DNA of 63,119 nt, filler included, from Cercozoa sp. M6MM (lineage: Eukaryota; Protista; Endomyxa: Ascetosporea), in NCBI GenBank assembly GCA_040357565.1. It is 8 parts of 8 records of this genome, joined end to end, with 100 filler letters (N's around TTAATTAATTAA, not from the genome) between each part and the next. Parts side by side here need not be neighbours in the genome. Positions count along the whole stretch, not along the records: positions 49,408 to 61,281 come from JBDODJ010000392.1; positions 61,382 to 63,119 come from JBDODJ010001935.1; 6 more parts are not named here. The stretch is one strand, 5' to 3'. Shown here piece after piece: positions 55,603 through 63,119 of this stretch. The notes under the pieces are model-generated. The model had not been told where the DNA came from and ran no database searches. It saw nothing but the letters and a program-made list of their open reading frames with translations. Both the position numbers and the translations under genes were made by a program. How positions within the stretch are numbered: the stretch's first letter is position 1; each line of letters opens with the position of its first letter.

Positions 55603-57077
55603 ATGGGTGAGTATATTCTGTGCCATACGGCGGCCGAGTTGGCCCTGTGGGTTGTCGTCCCAGCGCGAGAGATTTTTGGGCATAAGCCGCAGCGCCGGTG
55701 TCAGCACTGGCAGCGCTTGTGTCTTTGTTTGTGCCTGCGCACGATTTTGGGGCTCTAGCGCGTAGGATGCATCGGTTTTTCTTGTGTGATCACGACGATC
55801 AAACATTGTTTTGTTTTGTTATCTTTTTTTTGGGATTGTCGTTGATTTGTTTTAAATTCTTGTGCAGCTTTCCGAGGTGGACGAGGTGGTGGTCGCGGCG
55901 GTGGTCGCGGACGTGGCGGTGGTCGCGGTAGGGCAACTAGCGTGCTTTAGTGTGCTGGTATGATATGTGGTGCGCTGGTGCAGGTGGCCGTGGTGGTTTC
56001 CGTGGCGGTCGCGGTGGTTTCCGTGGCGGTCGAGGCGGTGGTCGCGGTGGCGGCCGTGGCGGCTTTGGCGGCGGTGGCCGTGGTGGCTTTGGCGGCGGCG
56101 GTCGTGGTCGCGGTGGCTTTGGCGGCCGTGGTCGCGGTGGTTTCGGCGGCCGTGGTCGTGGCGGTACAGTGGCCTCCGATAGAGCTCATGACTTGAAGGT
56201 GCATCTCATGTGTGTGATACAGGTGGCCGTGGTCGTGGCGGTCGTGGTGGTCGCGGCGGCTTTGGTGGCCGCGGCGGCTTCAACAAGTTCGCGCAGTCGC
56301 TGCTGGAGGCGCACCCGCACTACCCGGGCGTGTTCGTGTCGCACGGCAAGAAGGGCGACGTGCTGTGCACGCGCAACATGGTGCCCGGCGTCTCGGTGTA
56401 CGGCGAGAAGCGACACTCGATCGAGGACCGCAGCAAGGGCGCTGCGGCCGGTGAGAAGATCGAGTACCGCGAGTGGAACCCGTTCCGCTCCAAGCTCGGT
56501 GCCGCCCTGCACAACGGCGCCAAGATCATGCCGATCAAGCCGGGCTGCAAGGTGCTCTACCTGGGCGCTGCCTCCGGTACCACGGTGTCGCACGTGTCCG
56601 ACCTCGTCGGTCCCGAGGGCACTGTCTACGCTGTCGAGTTCGCTCCGGTACTCCCTTGTCCTTGTGTTGAGCCTCCCCTGGTCTATTCTTTTTCATGATG
56701 TGCAGCGACCCGGCCGCGAGCTCATCAACATGGCCAAGCAGCGACTCAACATCGTGCCGATTATTGAGGACGCGCGACACCCGCACAAGTACCGCATGGT
56801 CATGGGCATGGTCGACGTCATCTTTGCCGACGTGGCGCAGCCCAACCAGACCAACATCGTGGCCTGGAACGCCGAGCACTTCCTCAAGGTCGGCGGTCAC
56901 TGCGTGATCTCCTACAAGGCCTCGTGTATCGACTCGACGGCCGCGCCGGCCGCCGTCTTTGCCATGGAGCAGGACAAGCTCGCGCAGAAGGGCTTCGTGC
57001 CGCTCCAGGTCACAAACCTTGAGCCCATGCAGCGCGATCACGTTTGCGTCGTTGGCGAGTACAAGCCCGGCAAGTAA
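55603..57077 (+). CDS. FBL: Fibrillarin, rRNA 2'-O-methyltransferase
   Basis: RGG/GAR N-terminus; [62 protein letters not shown]. Confidence 0.98.
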
Positions 57078-57357
57078 TCTGTCTGATCACCTACGCTGGT
57101 CACCACGCTCCACACCGATTTCGATCGTCGCATGTGTCGTATGCTATTCCGAACTGATAGAATCTCTGCATTTGCTGTCAGCACTGCTAGTTTTCCCAAG
57201 CTACAAATTTATTTACGCGCGGTTAAAACCGAGCGCGAAAACGCTGACGGCCGCTATTCAATCTCACGCACACGCACAAGTATGTGCATCGGCGCCGCGT
57301 GTACATGTACTTCGTACTGAGTGACATCGATCCTCATCATGCAGTTAGTTATGAGCC

Positions 57358-57480
57358 TTCCCCTGCACCAGTCCGGGATGGGTCACAAGAGCATGGGCCG
57401 CGTATACCGTCCGCTGAGGGTAGGACCATACAACTCCCGTTTTGACGTTCTCCAGACACCGTCGACTTCATGGTTGGTGC
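57358..57480 (-). mobile_element. Second, diverged copy of the 124-bp element at 26431-26554
   Basis: Aligns end to end by eye with scattered substitutions and small indels. Confidence 0.6.
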
Positions 57481-57580
57481 AAGTAGCGGGGTACAAGTAG
57501 AGAGGCGTCTCAGGCGGCGTCGGGTCGTCCCGTCGTCCTCCCGTCTCTCCACTCGATATCAAAACAAAACAAAACAAGCA

Positions 57581-57926
57581 TTGGTGGTGAAACCACTGGT
57601 GGCGGTGAGGCCAGAGTTGGTGGTTAAACCAGGGTGAGGCGCTGAGCAATGGTGTGCACTGTGGCTGGAGCGGGCTGTAAAGCGAGCGTGGTTGGTAGAG
57701 TTACCAAGGAGTCTTGAAGGAGTCGTTTGGTGGTGAGACCATTGGTGACGTTTTTGCATACGCCAGTATGGACCCGGGAGTCGTGTTGGGCAGTGGGCCG
57801 AAGGTGGCGATTAAGCCAGGTGCAGCGGTGAGGCTAGCATTGGTGATGAAAATAGTAGTGGCGGTGAGGCCAGAGTTGGTGGTGAAACCAGTGGCGGCGG
57901 TGAGGCCAGAGGTGGCGGTGAGGCCA
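57581..57926. repeat. Degenerate 18-bp repeat in two blocks (GGTGGCGGTGAGGCCAGA-like)
   Basis: Visible units; the minus frame reads SGLTAT/TGFTTN hexapeptides. Confidence 0.7.
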
Positions 57927-58236
57927 ACGATCTGCTGACTGATTGCGGAGCCGAAAAACACTTGAACTCCCATGGTACGCGGGCCCTTGGCAGCCCAGCG
58001 CGTGCCATGTTTCTCAGGAATACCACTAGAGTATACCTGAGGTTGTCTGGCGTCTTTCGGCTCCTCTTGCGTGTCAGGTCGATGCGTGTTGCCTATCACT
58101 CTACTCGGCAGCTCTAGCGCTTCCTTGTAGTCTGTGCACACGTCTGAGTATCTTAGTGGAAAGTAACGTCGCGTAAACGTAAAACAATTGCATGCGCGCA
58201 TGCGCACTGGCAACGATGCACGCGGCTTTGTGAGAG

Positions 58237-58328
58237 CTAGGACTCGTCGCTACCAACCGAGCCCGTCGTACTCTGCTTCTCGAGCGTACCGCCGGCCTCG
58301 GCCTCGCCTATCACGCAGAAGCACACAT

Positions 58329-58419
<91 letters not shown>

Positions 58420-60610
58420 TCGTCCCACACACGCACAGAGAGCAAGACAATGAGAACAAGGCAAGGCAAGGCAAGTAGGGTACGAGCAGCCTTGCGCGCA
58501 GCCTTGCGCGCGCGTCGCTCGGCCTTTTCCTCCTTGGTGAGCTTGCGCTTCTCCTTGTCCTTCTTATCCTTCTTCTTCTTCTTGCGTTCCTTCTTGGCGG
58601 TTGCGGTCGCTTCCTCCTCGTCCTCCTCCTTCTCGTCGTCGCTGGCGCCACCAGAGATCTCACCTGCCGTCGATACCGACACGCTCTCGCTGGCGTCAAT
58701 GAGTTTCTTGCGCGCCTTCAGTTGCGCCTTCTTCTTCTTGCTGTCCTCGAGGTCCTCCGCTGCCTGTGCCGCCGCTCGCTCGGCCTGCACACCAGGAGAT
58801 AGGGGGTACAAGGGTAACTGGGGAGGGGAGGGGCAGAGGGAGTAAAGACCTCAATGCGCTGCTTGCGACGCTCGAGCAACAACTGGCGTTTCTCGTCAGC
58901 CTCGTGCTCGGCGCGCTCGGCCATGGCGAGCAGGTCGCCCACGATGGCGTCCAACGAGGCCACCTGCTCCGCCGACGGAGTGTTGGTCGCACCCTCGCGC
59001 ATGCGCTGTTGCAAGTACACGCGGGTCGGAGTAAGGGTGTCAATGGGTCAAGAGTCAAGGGTCAAGGGTCAAGGGAGCAAGAAGCCGCACCTCGTCGATC
59101 TGCCAGAGCGCGAAACGCGCCAGATCGGCGTTCTGCGAGTGCGCGCGCGCCTCGTTGTAGATGAAGCCGACCAGGTAGTTCACGAGCTCGTTCGATGGCG
59201 GGAACACCATGGTGCAGCTGCTCATATACAAATATATAAACACACACAGACACACAGACACAGACACGGGTATAGGCCAGGCTACAGAGCGATGAGTTTC
59301 CAGCCCTTGTGCACGCTGTCGGGCCGGTCGTTGTTGTAGAGCTGCCGCACGACCTGCACGTAGATCTCGTCGCGCAGCGAGGCGTCCGACATGCGGCCGT
59401 TCTCGAGGAGTTTGACGGCGTGGCCGCACTCGTCCTTGGAGGACTTGCGGTCGCCCATGAAGCCCGTGATGTTCTTGTTGCACTGGATGGCGAGCTTCTG
59501 CAGCTGCTCCGACAGGCGCGTGATGGAGCGCGTGATCAGCTTCGACGAGAACTGCAGCACCGACTCGGGCGTGTCGTCGCGGCCGAACTTGTACTTACGC
59601 AGGTCAAAATTGTTGGCGCCGTACTCGAGCATATCGAGCGACTCGGCGAACTGCTCGGCCTGCTCGCGGTAGCGCCGGTGCGACTGCTGCAGGAACTCCT
59701 CGAGCGCCTTCTCCTCCTCCTGGATGCGACGCAGCTCGGCCTCCTTCTCCTTGCGCTCCTTCTCGCGCCGCTTCTCCTCAGCCTTGTGCTGCTTGATCTG
59801 CTCCTTGTACTGGCGCTGCTTCTCCTCCTTCTCGCGCTGGTGCTTCTCGATCTTCTCCTGCAGCGAGCGCTCCTTCTCCTGCACACATTAGGGATAGGGG
59901 TCGAGGGGGTAAGAGAGGGGTAAAACAACGTACTTGCTCAAGCTGCTCGAGTCGCTCGCGCTCGGCGGCTTCTTCCTGCTCGCGCGCCATCTTCTCGCGC
60001 TGCCGCAGTTCGGCATTGTTGCGCGCAATGGCTTCCTGGTCCTGCGGGCAGGCAACAGAAACGGTAGGGGGTAAGGGGTAAAGGGGGCGGGGTGGTAGGA
60101 GGTAAGCAGACCTGCTTGCGCTGGCGCCAGCGACGCACAGCGGCCTCCTTGCGACGCTCGCGCTCGAGTCGCGCCGCGCGCATGAACTCGGGTTCCCACG
60201 CCGTCTCGCGTGTCTCCGTGTTGACGTAGAACTTCTTGCCGTCCTTTTCGACCAGATGCCACGGTTCCGGCACGAAGCCCTCCGGCATAATCCACGTCGT
60301 CACCTTGGTGCGCTTGTGCACATAGTACGGCCGCTTGCTTTTCGGGTCGATCACGCCTGTTACAGCACCAAAAACATACAAAGACAAAACAGCCTTGCGG
60401 CCAACGATAAAGAATATCCGAGTTGGCAGACAGCAAAACAGCACTCTAATCACACAGGTGATGCCCAAAGATACAAAACACTCTGTTTTACGTGCCCAAG
60501 CAGCCGGAAAGGCTGGAGCACCAAGCACCTGAAAAATAGCATATGCACGCGCCTACCGACCCAGTTGCAGGTGTTCGTAGATTTGACTTGTTGGTATGAC
60601 ATCTCGGCAT
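58237..60610 (-). CDS. WW-WW / coiled-coil / MyTH4 domain protein with Lys-rich tail
   Basis: WARVIDPKSKRPYYVHKRTKVTTW and WHLVEKDGKKFYVNTETRETAW (WW domains); GFMGD...LRDEIYVQVVRQL...GWKLIAL...FPPSNEL (MyTH4). Start approximate. Confidence 0.85.
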
Positions 60611-60878
60611 ACGCTAATGAAGTCAAATATGCTCTTCAATGCCACTGCTGGCTACATGTGTTCGTGCCTCGGGTGGTCGAGACAGAAAGAAAACTGAAAC
60701 CGCCGTTCACTGACGTCAACGTGATCCGTTTCAACCACAGCAGCTGAAGCCAGCCATTGGTCTCCACGCAGCCATTAGTCTCCACGCGCATGACACTGGT
60801 ACTATCAGGAAATTATGTGTGATCGCACGTAATCCCACCTTTGGTACTTGTAAACCCTCGAACTTGCTAGTTGCAACT

Positions 60879-61221
60879 TCAGCCGAAACGAGTATTGCGG
60901 CCGGCCTGCCGCGAGTGCTCGCGTGCGTGATCGGCGATTTCGCGCGGCACGGCGTGGCCGCCCTTGCTCAGCTGCAGGGGGCAAGGAGATAAGGGGAGCG
61001 CTTTGGACCAGATATACAGGGTAAAGGCAAGAGGGCACCATCTGATACAGGTCGACAAAGACGTCCTTGTTCTCGGCAGTGACAAGCGAGGTGGCGAAGC
61101 CTTGCTGTCCAGCACGACCGGTACGACCGATACGATGTGTGTAATCCTGGATGCTGCGTGGCATGTCATAGTTCAGCACGTTCTTGACGTTGTCGACGTG
61201 GATACCGCGACCAGCAACATC
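60879..61221 (-). CDS. DEAD-box RNA helicase C-terminus, Prp28/DDX23-like
   Basis: [26 protein letters not shown]; DVAGRG rather than DVAARG points to Prp28. Confidence 0.8.
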
Positions 61222-61381
61222 CTACGAGCTGGACAGGGGGAACAAAGGACGGCACCAAGCGCCTTACACCCTGCAGCTGATNNNNNNNNNNNNNNNNNNN
61301 NNNNNNNNNNNNNNNNNNNNNNNNNTTAATTAATTAANNNNNNNNNNNNNNNNNNNNNNNNNNNNNNNNNNNNNNNNNNNN

Positions 61382-61429
<48 letters not shown>

Positions 61430-61430
<1 letters not shown>

Positions 61431-63060
61431 TGTGATCCCAACAAAGTCAAGGGAGCAACACTGCTGTACCACTTTTAGCAATGAACGAAGCAGCGCATTG
61501 TTGATGCACTCGGCACCGTCGGTGTCACCGGAGACGTCATCCTTTGTGTGAAAGGTCAGAAGATCGAGTGTGCTCGCTTCAGGTGCTTGCTTCTGCCATG
61601 CCACATGCACCCAGATGCCGTAAACTGAGCAACCAAAAAACCGAATTAAAGACTGGCACCTCTCTGACTGTAAACTCAGCCTTGTTTCGATCGAAGCGAT
61701 CCACAAGAAGCCACTTGGGCTTGTATTCGAACATGAGACAGGAGTCATTGTGCTTGAGCATACTTTGCATCAGTTGTGTGCACACACTGCCACGAAACTG
61801 CAAACACAGACAGCCAAATAGTGACACAACGGGAGCACAGTGTTGTATCGACACCTCCGAGGAGAGCCACTCGATTTTGTCGGCGTCTTTGTCGATAAAG
61901 ACCTGGCGTCGCAACGAACTCGACTCTTGCAACAGGGCCTTTGCCTGCTCCAAAGTCACCGTCACAGGCGCCTCTGTCGGCAGTGGTCTGCAAACAGTCC
62001 ACTCCTTACTCTCCACCCTTTACCCCCTACCCCCATGTGACCATCATAAACTGCAAACGTACAGGTGAGCCACATCGGTCAGATAGTCGACAGACGCATT
62101 GAAGAAACGGACGCCTGCATCCGACAAGGCCACCTGCGACTCAGCCTTCCACATGCGCAAAGCGACATCGCGTTTCTCTTCCCGTTCGTGCACAAAGACG
62201 AGTGACACGTTGCCCTCATTGAGGAAGCGCCAGCCGTCCGACATTATTCTTTTGTTGTTCCGTTCTGCTGCAAGAAACAGCACTGCTAAGTATAGATGGA
62301 TTACAGTTGAGGCTACACACACGCGCACAGCGCTCAATTGTACTAACAACTGGAACTGAAGCCAAGCTCTGTGATCGGACCAATGCTGTCCAGGTTGTGG
62401 CAAGTGGTCGCAACAACGCAACTTGGAATCACGCTTTTTCGGTGATCGATTCGAGTTGTCCAACCGGTCATGCATATTCTATAAATTACTCGTACTGTAT
62501 GTAAACGCCAACCTTCTTCCTCCTGGATGGCGAGCGAAAATAGCGTCGGTCGCACAGCGTTGCAGTTTATTTCACTACGTTCGGTACGTGTCTCGACGCG
62601 AAAGCCTACTGCTGCTGCTGTTCGGCCTCGCGCGCCTTCTGGCGTCGCGCCAGTTCCTCACGACGACGTCGCTTGTCCTACCGTAGCGTACCAGGTAGTG
62701 TGCACAAAGAGCAGGGTTTGCGCCTCGGTACCGCTTCAATCTTTTCCTTGATTCGGCGCTGGCGTTCTTTTTCGGCGTGCTTCTCGCGCTTACGCTTCTC
62801 CATCGCGATTTTGCTGCACACAAGCGCACACAATGAATCGGAATTAATTTTTGCTTTCACACACTTTCAACAATAGTCACATGTACGCTTGCTGCTCCTT
62901 GCGCGCCCGCTGCAGCTCAGTGAGCTCCTGTGGCACAAGTGCACGTTGGCAGAAGGAGACGGGAAGAGAGAGTGGCAGGAGTCAAAGTGACCTTTGTTTG
63001 GCGACGACGCGCGACCTCTCGCTCGCGTGCCATGCGTCGTTCCTTTTCACAGGGCAGCAA
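61430..63060 (-). CDS. Multi-exon hypothetical protein, partial
   Basis: GT-AG-bounded exons such as KIAMEKRKREKHAEKERQRRIKEKIEA and DKDADKIEWLSSEVSIQH. Confidence 0.4.
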
Positions 63061-63119
63061 GGTAGATGTACGAGATACAAAGGCAGACAGAGACAGACAG
63101 ACAGAGGGGGGGGGGGGGG

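Noticed and set aside
55607-55867. snoRNA in the fibrillarin first intron
   Set aside because: No convincing C/D or H/ACA box arrangement seen.
59309-59923. Long antisense ORFs, also 56535-57041 and 4663-5456
   Set aside because: Shadows of GC3-rich exons of real genes on the other strand.

Overview
Eukaryotic DNA from a very intron-rich protist-like genome; the lineage cannot be determined from this window. It uses the standard genetic code, with TAA, TAG and TGA all seen as real stops. The window is eight unrelated contigs joined by artificial N-TTAATTAATTAA-N spacers, so synteny holds only within each contig. Genes are tightly packed and split into many short exons by short GT-AG introns, often filled with microsatellites. 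Recognisable genes: mitochondrial Hsp70, PIG-W/GWT1, a TBC1D5-like RabGAP, V-ATPase B, Bax inhibitor-1, SRP14, a proteobacterial-type citrate synthase, a CFAP52-like WD40 protein, a CRAL-TRIO protein, ATG7, ARPC4, DENR, a multi-CCCH protein, a RhoGAP-CH protein, fibrillarin, a WW-WW-MyTH4 protein and a Prp28/DDX23-like helicase. Most notable signals: (1) an exact 10-bp palindrome TCCGCGCGGA found at least 10 times, in exons and introns; (2) 5' splice sites dominated by GTAC/GTAG/GTAT with no +4A and little +5G, while two long ATG-adjacent first introns keep perfect GTRAGT; (3) about one intron per 20 codons; (4) a small two-copy structured retroposon-like element with a 14-bp target-site duplication; (5) candidate uORF/reinitiation arrangements. 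Exon boundaries were read by eye and gene ends are approximate where stated.
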